Position numbers and translations under genes: made by a program | The notes under the pieces: model-generated | Database searches by the model: none | What the model saw: the letters and a program-made list of their open reading frames with translations, nothing else | What the model was told of the DNA's origin: nothing | Shown here: piece after piece, positions 42,941-53,194 of the stretch | Layout: each line of letters opens with the position of its first letter | Position numbering within the stretch: position 1 is the stretch's first letter | From: a virus | DNA length: 64,000 bases | Reading direction: 5' to 3' (one strand) | Virus record (IMG/VR): IMGVR_UViG_3300025150_000006 | Span: 1-64,000 of that record

Positions 42941-43195
42941 CTAGTCCCATTTCTCCTTCTTGGTCAGGTAGCCCTGCTTGAAAGCGACCTTGAGCACGGT
43001 CTTGAGCAGGTTGATGTCTTCCGCAGACCCGTCGAAAACCGACTTCCACGAACCACCAGCCTGAGAGAATACCCGTGAAACACGATCGAACTCACTGGGA
43101 ACCGGTGTGATTTTGCCGTTGAGGACCAGACTGGTCATCTTGAGCAAGAACCGATGGTCCGCACGAAGGGGCCACTGTGGGGTCAAACTTGCCAT
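42941..43195 (-). CDS. Hypothetical protein
   Basis: ORF packed in the operon. Confidence 0.65.
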   Translation of the reverse strand: MASLTPQWPLRADHRFLLKMTSLVLNGKITPVPSEFDRVSRVFSQAGGSWKSVFDGSAEDINLLKTVLKVAFKQGYLTKKEKWD

Positions 43196-43198
43196 GAA

Positions 43199-46100
43199 TC
43201 ATCGGCCTCCCCGACCACGAGACGTATTCCGACTGAGGGCCGAGCGCTGCCGATCTGGGCTAGAACCACCCAGCCGAGTCCGAGCTGATGCCTTGCGCAT
43301 CATCTTCGCCAGGTCCGTCGGGGTGGGGATGTTCCCACGGTGCCCCGGTCGGGTGTCTGTACCTGCAATATACTTTCGCTTACCGATGTGCTGGGTAGCC
43401 TCCCAGACCATTCGGACGAGGGCGTCTGAGTAGTCATCGTACTTGCCAGGTGCATTGGGGGCCTCGACCGTGATGATGTACTTCGAGTGCATCTCCGCCT
43501 GAAGTTCCATCATCTCCGCGATGTACTCTGCGTGCCACTCCCCACCCTCGGTCTCGACCTCGGGAGCGTCGAACAACAGCACCTTGCCCTCGTACATGAG
43601 GGTTTTGAAGTTGGCGAAGACCTGACTGGTGAGCTGCTTCGTGAAGAACACCGACTCACACTGGATCAAACCCTTGTTGTGCAGAGCCGTCTCGAACGGG
43701 ATACCGGCCCACTGATCAAACAAGCCCTTCTCGATATAGAACTTCCTCGACAACCCGTGGATCCACGCCGTGATGTCGTCGAACGACAAACGGGTCAGGT
43801 TCTTGTAGTTTCCTTCGCCCGCTCGGATGCGCTCAATGTGGTCGAGCACGATGTTGCTCTGGTAGTCGATATGGCCAATGGCAACCGCGCAGTAGTCACC
43901 ATCCACCAGACCCGCCGAGATGTCGATGCCCATGAAGTGGGGGGCTCGGGCCGGAGCCTTGAGTGCAGGGCTGTGACTGTCATCCACACAACGCAACAGA
44001 GCATTTGGCTCCAGCCAGCCCTTGGTACGGTTGGTGAAATCAGCCCCGAACTCGGTGAAGAAGCTGTCCTGGTCCGTCTCATACTCTTCTGCGAGGAACG
44101 AAGCCTCCACCGTTGGGTTGACTTCCCAGGTCGGTGCCTGGATACAGAGCATGTTCTGGGAAGCCAGGCCACCCATGAACCCCTGACGGTACTTCCGATA
44201 GAAGAACCCTTGCTTGCCCAGGGGGCTGGAGATGGACAGGATGCGGCCTTCGACCTTGCCTACTGCTCGACGACGGTTGTTCGGGTCCTTGGGGGAGAAA
44301 GCGGCCAGCGAGGGCTTGACAGCTCGGTAGATCTTGAGGGCGTCCGACTGCCCTGCATCGTTGAAGTGGGCAAGCTCGTCGAGGATGATGACGATGTTAC
44401 CAGCACCACGGAGACCCTTGGCGACACAGCTCTTGAAACTGACCTTGATGGTGGCCTTGGCCGTGGGGTCGTCGGAGTACCGACCGAATCGCTGAATGTC
44501 CTCTGGCGACTGGAACTTCGCGTAGGACATCGTGTTGTTGGCGGTGTAGGGCTTGTAGAAAGCACAGTTACCTGTGACAATGTTCCCCTCCAGGGTGAAC
44601 GTCCCATGCCCCTCCACCGTGGCACAAAACACCTCCTCCACCCGATCAGTCGCCTCAACCGACCGGACAGTCCAATACTTGTGGCGCTGCGCCTTCCCAC
44701 CCCCTGCGGAGAGGAAGTTCTCCCGGTGCTGCAGAATCACGAAAAAGGACTCATCCAGATGGCTCCGCTGGAGTGCAAGAGAAAACATCGTATGAGGCTG
44801 GCCCGTGAGGTTGGACACCCTATCTTCGCGGCGGATGGTGAACGTCCCAATCCCCAACACGGCGCACACGTCTCGGACAAACAGGAGGTTGGCCTCAACC
44901 GCACTGCTAATAATGACCTGACCACCCTTGGAGCAGGACCCGTCTGCGGCGAAGTAGCCCATCAGCCACCCCAACAGGTAGCTGTGGTTCTCCTCGATGG
45001 AGGGCAGTTCCCGGAAGAAGTTTGGCAAGGCTCCGAAGCGGGTGGCGTTGATGCCAGGCTGGTCCGTCGAGGGGCAAAGAGCAAAGTACGGCTGAAGGTG
45101 GGAGTCCTTCTCCCCCACCAAGTTCACCGACGTGGCGTGACGCTGACCCTTTGAGGTGCTGCCGTCTCCAAAGGTAAACCCATGGGCGACACCGAAGGGT
45201 GAACCCGTCACCTTGTTCTTGTAGCTCCGGCCGTACACCTGCTGAAGCCGGTGCTTGCCGGGCCGCAATTCCGTGGTCTTGAACTCCCTGTAGCCCTTGC
45301 CTCGGTGTGGCTTCCGCTGGTCCAACGTGAGCCAACGGTGATCCCCCGTGCAGTGAATGACCTTCTCGACTCCTTGCCGGGAAAGCACCAACCTGTAGAG
45401 GCGCTGCCTGCCGAAGGACCGCACCGGTGCTGCTACCCAGGCCCCCTTCCCCGTCAGTACCGTGGGGGTCGTACCCGCCAACTCACCAATGGGTTTGATG
45501 CCATCAGCGGTAATCACCTCGGTGTCCCGAGCGAAACAGTTCGAGAAGTGACCGCTGGCCTCGTTGTACAACAGCCCGGCCTGATCCTTGTCCGTTGCGA
45601 CCGAGATGAGCTGGATCACGTTCGTCTTGGGGATGCCGTAATAGAGCTGCGGGTTGTCCTTCAAGATGAGCTTGTAGACCTCGTAGGCCATCACGCAGGC
45701 ACAGATGAACGTATTGTGGCTAGTCATTCCATTGGCGACGAATGACTCCCCGTCGGGCACGTTCAGGTCAAACACCGGATTGACCCCTTCCTTGATGTCC
45801 TTCACGGGATCGAAGAAGTAGTCCAGATCCAACAGGTGCTCAAAGTGAGCGATGACCTCAGGGTCGGCCCCGAGCCCCCGAGCCACTGGCAGCACTTGCT
45901 CCAACCGGGGGTAGGTCATCTCGTCCAGGGCTGCCGGCTTGATCGTGTTGCCCAGTACCTCCCGTAGGGCCGACCGACTCCATGCTTTTTTCTGACCCGG
46001 ACGGGGATGCACAACGGGCACAGACTCTAAGAGACGCCGTGCCCAATCCCTCTGATGGGGGATTGACTCGGCATCCCCCCCTTCCTTCCCAGCGGCCTCC

Positions 46101-47545
46101 AAGGACTGGAGCAGGGGGTCCATTTTCTTCCTAGAATCAAACCCCACCCGCTCTGCGAAGCCCCTCCTGTGCCGAAGTCCACGGATGGTCAGAATCCAAT
46201 AGACATTGCCCTTGATGGTTTTGGGCTTGATCCGGCTAACGATGCCCAGATTGAGCAACAGCGTCTGAACTTCCCGAGCAAGACGCCCACTGGCAGTGCT
46301 GTAGGATACGATCTTGCCTCCAGACTCGACCCCGCCATCCGTCTCAAACAACCCACGCAAAAATGCCTGTACCACGGGACGAGGCGACTGAAGGATGGAC
46401 CAGGGCACCATCTTGGCATCCCGGTCCGTTCCCAACCTGAACCCCAAGTCGTGAAGGAACGCCCGCATCCCCACGCTGCCAAACTTGATGGCCCCGGTGT
46501 TTTCCGTGCGCTTGTCCATCACCACGGAGTAACCGCCCAACAAGCCGGTGTAGAGGGCTTTCAGGGTGTCCCACGTCTCGTCATGCTCGACGGTGACCTC
46601 GACTCGGCCCTTGTAGTTCCACAGACCATCCCCCACAAGGTAGCCCAGAAAGCGTCCCCAGTCCTCCGTCAACTTGTCTGGGAACTTCAACTCCCGGTAG
46701 CCCGCGGCATTGTGGAAAGGAGTGCAGTCAACGTACTCCGACGCCCACAGGTCAGTGTTCCGGTGGATGCACACCACGTCCCCGACTGCCAAATCCGCCA
46801 GATAACGCCAAGCCACCACACCTTGCTCAGTGAGCACCTTGATCCGGTGGTTGTCCGTCCCCCCTAGATGATAGCCACACCGGGTCGTCAGAGTTCGAGT
46901 TGCCTTCACCCCACCGTTGTAGAAATAGGCCGACCGGGACTTTTGAGCCCCCTCCTGAGCCACCCCCACTTCAAGGACTTGAACTTCAGGACCATCTGGG
47001 TCGCCCATTTCCTCGATGCGTCGGATGCCCCCATCCGTCAACACGAGACTGTCCCCGAGAATGCACTTGCCTGAACGACGACCGATGGAAAGCACCAGCT
47101 CTCGGCGCTCCTCCCCCGCGATGACCTCACTGATGTTGCTGCGACCCTCATTGAACAGGAACCGGAGATACTCAGCCTCCGTCATGTACCGAGGGTTCTC
47201 TCGCCGCCAGTCTGTGATCTTGACCCGGAACTTGTAGTACCCGGTCTCATCCTCCATCCCAGCCCCTTCAGCGACCACCTCTGCCTCGGAACCACCTTCA
47301 TCAGGGAGGAAAGCCTGCTCCTTGTAGGCCGGATGATCTGTGGGGATGGGCTTGTTGAGGTCGAACCCATAGGGGTTGTCGTCGAGAGGGATGCCGTAAT
47401 GGGCCTTCAAAATCACCCGCTGTACCGGGTACAACGGAATGTTGAGTCCCCAGGTGGACTCGACAAACGTGATGATGTCAACCGCCCGATAACCAGACTG
47501 CTGTTGCCTGCCGGCTTCGAGGGCGATGTCCGCCAGGCGACTCAT
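43199..47545 (-). CDS. terL: Terminase large subunit with two inteins (about 673 aa after splicing)
   Basis: Walker A GRRSGK|T, Walker B IILDE, ISSP, nuclease MGID...DDYSD. Confidence 0.92.
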   Translation of the reverse strand: MSRLADIALEAGRQQQSGYRAVDIITFVESTWGLNIPLYPVQRVILKAHYGIPLDDNPYGFDLNKPIPTDHPAYKEQAFLPDEGGSEAEVVAEGAGMEDETGYYKFRVKITDWRRENPRYMTEAEYLRFLFNEGRSNISEVIAGEERRELVLSIGRRSGKCILGDSLVLTDGGIRRIEEMGDPDGPEVQVLEVGVAQEGAQKSRSAYFYNGGVKATRTLTTRCGYHLGGTDNHRIKVLTEQGVVAWRYLADLAVGDVVCIHRNTDLWASEYVDCTPFHNAAGYRELKFPDKLTEDWGRFLGYLVGDGLWNYKGRVEVTVEHDETWDTLKALYTGLLGGYSVVMDKRTENTGAIKFGSVGMRAFLHDLGFRLGTDRDAKMVPWSILQSPRPVVQAFLRGLFETDGGVESGGKIVSYSTASGRLAREVQTLLLNLGIVSRIKPKTIKGNVYWILTIRGLRHRRGFAERVGFDSRKKMDPLLQSLEAAGKEGGDAESIPHQRDWARRLLESVPVVHPRPGQKKAWSRSALREVLGNTIKPAALDEMTYPRLEQVLPVARGLGADPEVIAHFEHLLDLDYFFDPVKDIKEGVNPVFDLNVPDGESFVANGMTSHNTFICACVMAYEVYKLILKDNPQLYYGIPKTNVIQLISVATDKDQAGLLYNEASGHFSNCFARDTEVITADGIKPIGELAGTTPTVLTGKGAWVAAPVRSFGRQRLYRLVLSRQGVEKVIHCTGDHRWLTLDQRKPHRGKGYREFKTTELRPGKHRLQQVYGRSYKNKVTGSPFGVAHGFTFGDGSTSKGQRHATSVNLVGEKDSHLQPYFALCPSTDQPGINATRFGALPNFFRELPSIEENHSYLLGWLMGYFAADGSCSKGGQVIISSAVEANLLFVRDVCAVLGIGTFTIRREDRVSNLTGQPHTMFSLALQRSHLDESFFVILQHRENFLSAGGGKAQRHKYWTVRSVEATDRVEEVFCATVEGHGTFTLEGNIVTGNCAFYKPYTANNTMSYAKFQSPEDIQRFGRYSDDPTAKATIKVSFKSCVAKGLRGAGNIVIILDELAHFNDAGQSDALKIYRAVKPSLAAFSPKDPNNRRRAVGKVEGRILSISSPLGKQGFFYRKYRQGFMGGLASQNMLCIQAPTWEVNPTVEASFLAEEYETDQDSFFTEFGADFTNRTKGWLEPNALLRCVDDSHSPALKAPARAPHFMGIDISAGLVDGDYCAVAIGHIDYQSNIVLDHIERIRAGEGNYKNLTRLSFDDITAWIHGLSRKFYIEKGLFDQWAGIPFETALHNKGLIQCESVFFTKQLTSQVFANFKTLMYEGKVLLFDAPEVETEGGEWHAEYIAEMMELQAEMHSKYIITVEAPNAPGKYDDYSDALVRMVWEATQHIGKRKYIAGTDTRPGHRGNIPTPTDLAKMMRKASARTRLGGSSPDRQRSALSRNTSRGRGGR
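44567..45538 (-). mobile_element. Intein 2 (324 aa) with LAGLIDADG endonuclease
   Basis: N|CFARDTEV...CTGDH...GFTFGDG...MGYFAADG...VTGN|C. Confidence 0.9.
45713..47065 (-). mobile_element. Intein 1 (451 aa) with LAGLIDADG endonuclease, in the P-loop
   Basis: K|CILGDSLV...GTDNH...LGYLVGDG...LRGLFETDG...SHN|T. Confidence 0.92.
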
Positions 47546-47558
47546 TAGGTGGACCCTC

Positions 47559-48239
47559 CTAGATCGACTTCTTCATCCGCGTCTTCGCTTCGTCCTTCCA
47601 GTCATCATCCACCATGTTGGAGAACCGGCTGAAGACCGTCTCGATCTGCTCGGGTCGGAGGTGGGCGAAGTTCATCGCCTCACGGAAAGTGTCCATGATC
47701 TGTCGGAACAGCACCGCAAATGCTGGGGACTCCATGTCGATATTCCGCGTGGTGAGCTGGTCCATACGCTTGAGCCACGTCTCTGCCGTGGCTCGAAGGG
47801 CCTGCACACGCTTCGAGGACAATCCTGATGTGTCCTTTCCCTCGCGAGCAGCCTCCAGGCGCTCGAACTTGAGGCTGGCAGCTTCCTCGCCGAGGCCCAT
47901 GATGATGGCCTGGAGCAAGTCCGCCGATTCAGGATTACGCCGCATCTGCTCAAGGATGTCGTCGGCGTTCATCACCGCATCCTTGCGCTTGAGGACCTCC
48001 GCCACAGTGGCGTTGGCAGGACCAACATCCACGACGTTCTTACGGCCTGGCTTCCCCTTCATAACGATGGGGTCGCCGAGCTTGTTCGTCTGAACTACGT
48101 CCGTGTCGGCAAGATCCGACACAGCCTTGTACTTCTGCTCACCCTTGGCCGTCAGCACCCGCACACGAGTTGCACTTGGGGGAATCTTGGCCAGGAGGTC
48201 AGCTCGGAGCTGCTTATCCTGGGCACTCTTACGGGGCAT
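47559..48239 (-). CDS. Putative terminase small subunit
   Basis: Helical 226 aa directly upstream of terL; position only. Confidence 0.45.
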   Translation of the reverse strand: MPRKSAQDKQLRADLLAKIPPSATRVRVLTAKGEQKYKAVSDLADTDVVQTNKLGDPIVMKGKPGRKNVVDVGPANATVAEVLKRKDAVMNADDILEQMRRNPESADLLQAIIMGLGEEAASLKFERLEAAREGKDTSGLSSKRVQALRATAETWLKRMDQLTTRNIDMESPAFAVLFRQIMDTFREAMNFAHLRPEQIETVFSRFSNMVDDDWKDEAKTRMKKSI

Positions 48240-48250
48240 GAGCGGGCCTC

Positions 48251-48793
48251 CTATGTGAACTCAGGCGGATAGGGTGACGGGTCGCCCTGGTCCATGAACC
48301 CTGGCTTGACCGTCGCCGCCAACACGAAAGCACTCGCGGCACCCCACTCTACCACCTCCATGCGATGCTCATCACCGTGGGCTACAGTCGTAGAGATCGT
48401 CACAGTGTCGATGCCATCCGAGACGGCCGTGAACCCAGGCAGAGCCAAGATAGCAGCCGCGAGGTTGGCGGCCAGAGCGATGTCGTTGGCCCCCACAGCG
48501 AAATCCACTCCGGGACGAAGCTCGAACGCGCCTACCCGGATGAGATGCTCGCCAGGCACACAGTTGGCCTGCACAACAGCAACATCAGCCGTGGCGGCTA
48601 CGACCCCTCCTGGAGCCCTCACCCGAGCAATCAGACCGTGACCCAAGCCACGCTTGACCCAGGAGAATGTCTCCGTCTGCCGAATAGGGGCAGGCTGCCC
48701 GAGGGCCTTGACCGTCTGGCTCGGATCCGTCCCAAACGGATGCACAGGGACATGAATCGTGAACGCCGGGCCACTGCGGAACTTGTCTGCCAT
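48251..48793 (-). CDS. Putative structural protein
   Basis: FAVGANDIALAANL resembles the inserted domain of the 13084 protein (GLGADDDAAAANL). Confidence 0.6.
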   Translation of the reverse strand: MADKFRSGPAFTIHVPVHPFGTDPSQTVKALGQPAPIRQTETFSWVKRGLGHGLIARVRAPGGVVAATADVAVVQANCVPGEHLIRVGAFELRPGVDFAVGANDIALAANLAAAILALPGFTAVSDGIDTVTISTTVAHGDEHRMEVVEWGAASAFVLAATVKPGFMDQGDPSPYPPEFT

Positions 48794-48802
48794 CGGATCC
48801 CC

Positions 48803-51064
48803 CTAGAAGTTCCAGCCATCACCGAACAGTACGTCCCCGATGTTTTCCGTGACCGAGGGGTCATCCAACTCGACGTTCATCGAGTCACCGAGGTTGAACT
48901 CTCCGGGGTTGAACAGTGACGCCGTGATCTCGTGATCTGAAGCGTTGGCCACCTGGAGCATCTTCCGCTTGAAATCCGCCGCATCCTTCGGGATCTGGTG
49001 GAGAAGCTCCTTGCCGTACTTCGTGCAGACACCATTGGCGTTGGCCAACGTGCACCCAGCACATCGGTCCATCGCCTTGACGAACCGAATCTGGTTTGCC
49101 CGGTGCAACGACGCGGACTTCTCGCAACCCGTGGACCCCGTCTTCGACGCATAGGCCTCGGCGTCAACGTAGAGGTGACCCGAAAGCCCCTCGTGCTCGT
49201 CACGAAGCATCGCGATGAGACCCTCACCCGCTGCCCGCAGGGGGCTAGCAAACCGGATGGTCATCAGAGCCGTGAGGTCATCCCCCGCCATCCCCTCGGA
49301 CATCTTCTGGCGGACCCAGCGGGCCATGCTCTGGAACTCGGCGACCCGGATTCCACTGGCAGCCGATGCCTGACGCATCGCCTCCTGATCGGCTGCCAGC
49401 TTCTTAGGCCTGGGACCCTGCTGGAGAGCCCGCTTGATGACGGGGCCACCGTACTCCTGAGCTGCCGCCGACCGCTTCATCGCGACCTTGCGAGTGCCCG
49501 AGGAGTTGGCGTAGGCCGTGGCCAGCTTGAGCATCTCCTCAGGAGTGCCCTGCTCTAGGGCCAGACGTGCCTCCTTCTCAGAAAGCTGCCCGGCATCTAG
49601 CATCGCTACAACGTGGGCACGAGCCTTGTTACCCTGAACCCTGGACAGCTCCGCCTGAGCGAACGCGGTCCACACTTTTCGAACGGCCTGCCGATGAGCG
49701 GTGACTCGGGTGCCATCCCCATCGTACTGGGCCACCTTGGGCATCTGGTTCGCCCGAGCCAGAGATTCGGCAGCCTTGCGGATGGCCTCCGGGCTCGCCT
49801 TGGAGTGGCTGAGCTTGAGCACGTCAGCCTGGGAGATGAGCCCAGCCGCTCCTGCCTTCTGTACGGTCACCAGGGCCGCCTTACGGGCCCTGGCCTGGTC
49901 ATCCCTGGCAACGACCTGCCGAACTTGGCGGGGGGCCTCAGCAGCCATCCTCCTGGCCTCTGAGAGGGTCACCCGGTCAGCCGGGCGGACATCCACCGGC
50001 TTCACCGAAGCAGTGTGCCCCACCTCACGAGGTCCAGTCAGGAACGCGAGCTGGAGGGTCTTCTTCGGGTCGCCACCGACGCTGGCCACCTTGTAGCCAG
50101 CCGCTGTCAAGTTCGCCGTGTAGATCTTGAGGGCCTTCTTCCAGGGCACCTCGGAGACCATCTCCATCCCGAGCTTGGCAGCAACCGCCGGATCCTCGGT
50201 GAGTACATAGCGAGCGGTACGAGCGACCTTCCGAAGCTCCTTGGCCCACTTGCCATTCCGCAGACCTGGAAAGGCACTGGCCCGAACAAACACGTTGCCC
50301 GCGACTCCGTGATCCGCTGCGATGATGCCTACTGCCTTGGATGCCATCTTCTTGTCGAGGTTGGCGTGCAGGTAGTTGGCGATCTCCCCCATCGTCCGAC
50401 CATAGTGGGACATCCGCACGGCCTTCTTGAGATGCCAGGAGGCATCCCCAGCATTCTTCCCTACACCAGGCGTCGCGGGACGACCGGACTCGATGGAGTC
50501 CTCGTAGTTCGCGATCTCCTTGTCCCGGTTCGGGACGAGAGCGAGACCATCCGTTCTCCGGTTCACACCCCAGGCCTCCTCCAGCTCGATGGAGGAGTTC
50601 AACGGGGGCTTGTCCGGGCGCAACTCCTTGGGGAGTCGGGCAGGGTCCTGCTCTTGAGTGGGGTCGAGCCAGCTCAGGTCCGCCAGACTGGCAGCGTGCT
50701 GCTCAGCAGCAGTCATGTGCAGGCCACCCTCGTTGGGGGACAGCATATCCCCCAGGTCGAAAACACCCTCGTCCTCGTCTACGAAGGACAGATCCCCAAA
50801 GTCATCGGCCTCCTTGGAGTCACCCTCGCCGCTCATGAGCCCATCGGGAAGAGCGGACATCCCCTTGGTCTGAGCAGGGGTGATGGGGCCTGACATACCA
50901 CCCAGGTCCCCGTGGTTCCGAAGTCCCTCACCCAAGGTCTGGTCGTGATGGAAACCATCAAGGCCATAGTTGGACCCTTCAGTCCAGGTGAAGTCATCCG
51001 ACGGAAGGTCTGACCCCGCCATGAACGCATCCTCCCAAGACGCCTGCTTCTTCTTGGTGCTCAT
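48803..51064 (-). CDS. Putative head protein (753 aa) with C-terminal Cys cluster
   Basis: KKQA, KEA, KVA sites; C...CAGC...C. Confidence 0.7.
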   Translation of the reverse strand: MSTKKKQASWEDAFMAGSDLPSDDFTWTEGSNYGLDGFHHDQTLGEGLRNHGDLGGMSGPITPAQTKGMSALPDGLMSGEGDSKEADDFGDLSFVDEDEGVFDLGDMLSPNEGGLHMTAAEQHAASLADLSWLDPTQEQDPARLPKELRPDKPPLNSSIELEEAWGVNRRTDGLALVPNRDKEIANYEDSIESGRPATPGVGKNAGDASWHLKKAVRMSHYGRTMGEIANYLHANLDKKMASKAVGIIAADHGVAGNVFVRASAFPGLRNGKWAKELRKVARTARYVLTEDPAVAAKLGMEMVSEVPWKKALKIYTANLTAAGYKVASVGGDPKKTLQLAFLTGPREVGHTASVKPVDVRPADRVTLSEARRMAAEAPRQVRQVVARDDQARARKAALVTVQKAGAAGLISQADVLKLSHSKASPEAIRKAAESLARANQMPKVAQYDGDGTRVTAHRQAVRKVWTAFAQAELSRVQGNKARAHVVAMLDAGQLSEKEARLALEQGTPEEMLKLATAYANSSGTRKVAMKRSAAAQEYGGPVIKRALQQGPRPKKLAADQEAMRQASAASGIRVAEFQSMARWVRQKMSEGMAGDDLTALMTIRFASPLRAAGEGLIAMLRDEHEGLSGHLYVDAEAYASKTGSTGCEKSASLHRANQIRFVKAMDRCAGCTLANANGVCTKYGKELLHQIPKDAADFKRKMLQVANASDHEITASLFNPGEFNLGDSMNVELDDPSVTENIGDVLFGDGWNF

Positions 51065-51648
51065 GAAGGGCCTCCCTCGTCCATTTCAGCTTCTTCACCC
51101 TCGGCCCAATCCTCGGGGTCTTCCTTGATCTCATCCACGTCATCCATGATCTGCTGGACCTCTGAACGGGCGCGGGGGTCTCCACCGGAGTCGTTCACGT
51201 CGGGATGCCAGTGGATGGCCTTGATCTCATCATCGAGTGTATCTGCAATGGAGGACAGAGCCTCATCACAGTTCGAGAGCTGCTTACGGATGTCCTTCAC
51301 GGGCATCACATAGCCCTTGCCCCCGAGATTCCCATCAGGAGAGATCCTCTGACTCTTGATCTTCGTGAACGTCGTGCGGGCGGTCTGGATGTGACCAAGC
51401 GCCATCAGCACACTGCGGAGGGTCCGAGCAAGGGGCTCAAGATTCTTGCCGTCGAACTTGTAGTCGGGGTCGATGTTCCGCTCGGAAGAACCAGGTGGGT
51501 TCCAGCCCCACTCGTGGTGGTCCCCGCCCCGATCCTTAATGAACCGGACCTCGCCAGCCGTCTTCGACCGTGTCGGCCGCAAGGCCGCCCGCACGAAACG
51601 TGCAGTGACTCGCTCAACGGCTTGTTTCATCTGGCGGTTATCGGACAC
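51061..51648 (-). CDS. Putative internal head protein
   Basis: VERVTARFVRA and SKTAG motifs. Confidence 0.7.
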   Translation of the reverse strand: MSDNRQMKQAVERVTARFVRAALRPTRSKTAGEVRFIKDRGGDHHEWGWNPPGSSERNIDPDYKFDGKNLEPLARTLRSVLMALGHIQTARTTFTKIKSQRISPDGNLGGKGYVMPVKDIRKQLSNCDEALSSIADTLDDEIKAIHWHPDVNDSGGDPRARSEVQQIMDDVDEIKEDPEDWAEGEEAEMDEGGPS

Positions 51649-51668
51649 GAGGGGTTCTCCTCCGGCTT

Positions 51669-51696
51669 CTACTGGTTCGCTGGTATAGGCTCACTA
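51669..51696 (-). promoter_or_regulatory. Class II promoter-like motif
   Basis: TAGTGAGCCTAT-N12-GTAG. Confidence 0.7.
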
Positions 51697-52551
51697 GCGC
51701 CCAACCATTGAGGGCTCCAGGTTGAAGTCCTTCTTCATCAGGTCCCAGTTAACCGAGAACCAACGTCCGGTCCATTCGATGTACCGATGCTGGAGCAGGT
51801 ACAACACACGAGCAGCGACCGCGATGGGCAGCAAGGTGAACGTCCCAAATCCGAAGATATTGAGCACCCCACCAAAGGCTGAACCCGGCAGAGAAGCCAG
51901 GAAATCAGGGAAAGACATAGCCCCCGTGACGGCATCGGTGAGACCCTTGAAATCCCACTCGAACTCCGTGACGTTCATCCACACCCAGATGTAGATGCCC
52001 ACCATCAACACCCCCATGATGTGAGGAGCGTGCTGACGTAGCATCTCACCGAAGGAACCCAAGTGGCTGATCCCGGCGTCCAGCACCTTCTTGAGCTTGG
52101 GGGACTTGGCCATCAGGCCACTGATCAGGTCATTGAACGACTTGAGTTTGCCCTTCTCCAGCGTGTAAATGCGCAGGGGCCACGAGTCGAACATCTTGTG
52201 GATGAGTCCTCGCAGAGCCTTCTTCGCCTTCGCGGCCAGGTCCTTGATCGCCCTCGGAATGTCCAGAAGGCTCTTGATGCCGATCAGGTGCTTGAACTTC
52301 TCCCAGAGTTGGGGTGCTTTCTTGAACACCTCTACGAGCTGCTTGAGCTTGCGAATGAGTCCACCGAAAGCCACCCGCCCCTGATACTGAGGCAAGTAGA
52401 AGTGCTCTGCAAAGGCAGCCACCACGTCAGGCGTCAATCCCGACGTGGCCAGGCGTGTGCTTGAGCCGGCACACGCGGCGGTGGCTGCCATACGGACCAG
52501 GTAGCGGTCCGCCAGCCGGTCAATTGCCTGGCGAGCCTGGCCCATCATCAC
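51694..52551 (-). CDS. Putative head/ejection protein with hydrophobic helices
   Basis: N-terminal IDRLADRYL; C-terminal TM-like segments. Confidence 0.65.
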   Translation of the reverse strand: MMMGQARQAIDRLADRYLVRMAATAACAGSSTRLATSGLTPDVVAAFAEHFYLPQYQGRVAFGGLIRKLKQLVEVFKKAPQLWEKFKHLIGIKSLLDIPRAIKDLAAKAKKALRGLIHKMFDSWPLRIYTLEKGKLKSFNDLISGLMAKSPKLKKVLDAGISHLGSFGEMLRQHAPHIMGVLMVGIYIWVWMNVTEFEWDFKGLTDAVTGAMSFPDFLASLPGSAFGGVLNIFGFGTFTLLPIAVAARVLYLLQHRYIEWTGRWFSVNWDLMKKDFNLEPSMVGR

Positions 52552-53186
52552 ACCTTTAGAGGATTCCCGTCCTCGGTAAACAGTCGCTCGATGACGAACT
52601 CGCCACCCTCCTCACGGAACGCCCACAGATCCTTGGTCGCCTTGTGCACCAGGTCATTCGAGCCAGTCTTGGACTGCTCGAACATCTCTGAGATGCTACT
52701 GAACTCGATGAAGCTCCTCCGTACCTGGTGAGCCTTCTTCGAGTTGCCAGCCACCCGGCGAAGGTGCTCAGGACTCACCGGCAAGAACTGCCCATCGTCC
52801 CAGGCCACCATCACCATCCCGTTATGCACCGTCACGTCATCACCGTTGGCGTGACGCACGGTGACGACCGTCCCCTTGTCCTCGGGGAGACTGGCGTAGG
52901 CCAGTACAGAACCCAAGTTATGGGCGAACGACACACGAGTCCCTGCCGTCACAGGGAGCTGGAGAGCATCCGCTGCCCTGGACCGATCGGTCAATGCCCG
53001 GAGAGCACTCGTCGAGGAGCCCTCCAGAGTTCGACCCTGGAGGACGTGGTCGATCATCCCAGTGTCACCCCAGTGGATGTCATCCCCGACCTCGTCACGT
53101 CCGGGCAAGAAACTAGCCGTGGCAGCCTGCTTCTGAACCTTGGGAGGTGCCTGCTCTGCGTCACCAATGAAATCAGTCAGGTCCAT
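52548..53186 (-). CDS. Hypothetical structural-region protein
   Basis: KQA/KKA sites; LVHKATKDLW motif. Confidence 0.65.
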   Translation of the reverse strand: MDLTDFIGDAEQAPPKVQKQAATASFLPGRDEVGDDIHWGDTGMIDHVLQGRTLEGSSTSALRALTDRSRAADALQLPVTAGTRVSFAHNLGSVLAYASLPEDKGTVVTVRHANGDDVTVHNGMVMVAWDDGQFLPVSPEHLRRVAGNSKKAHQVRRSFIEFSSISEMFEQSKTGSNDLVHKATKDLWAFREEGGEFVIERLFTEDGNPLKV

Positions 53187-53194
53187 GGGTCACC

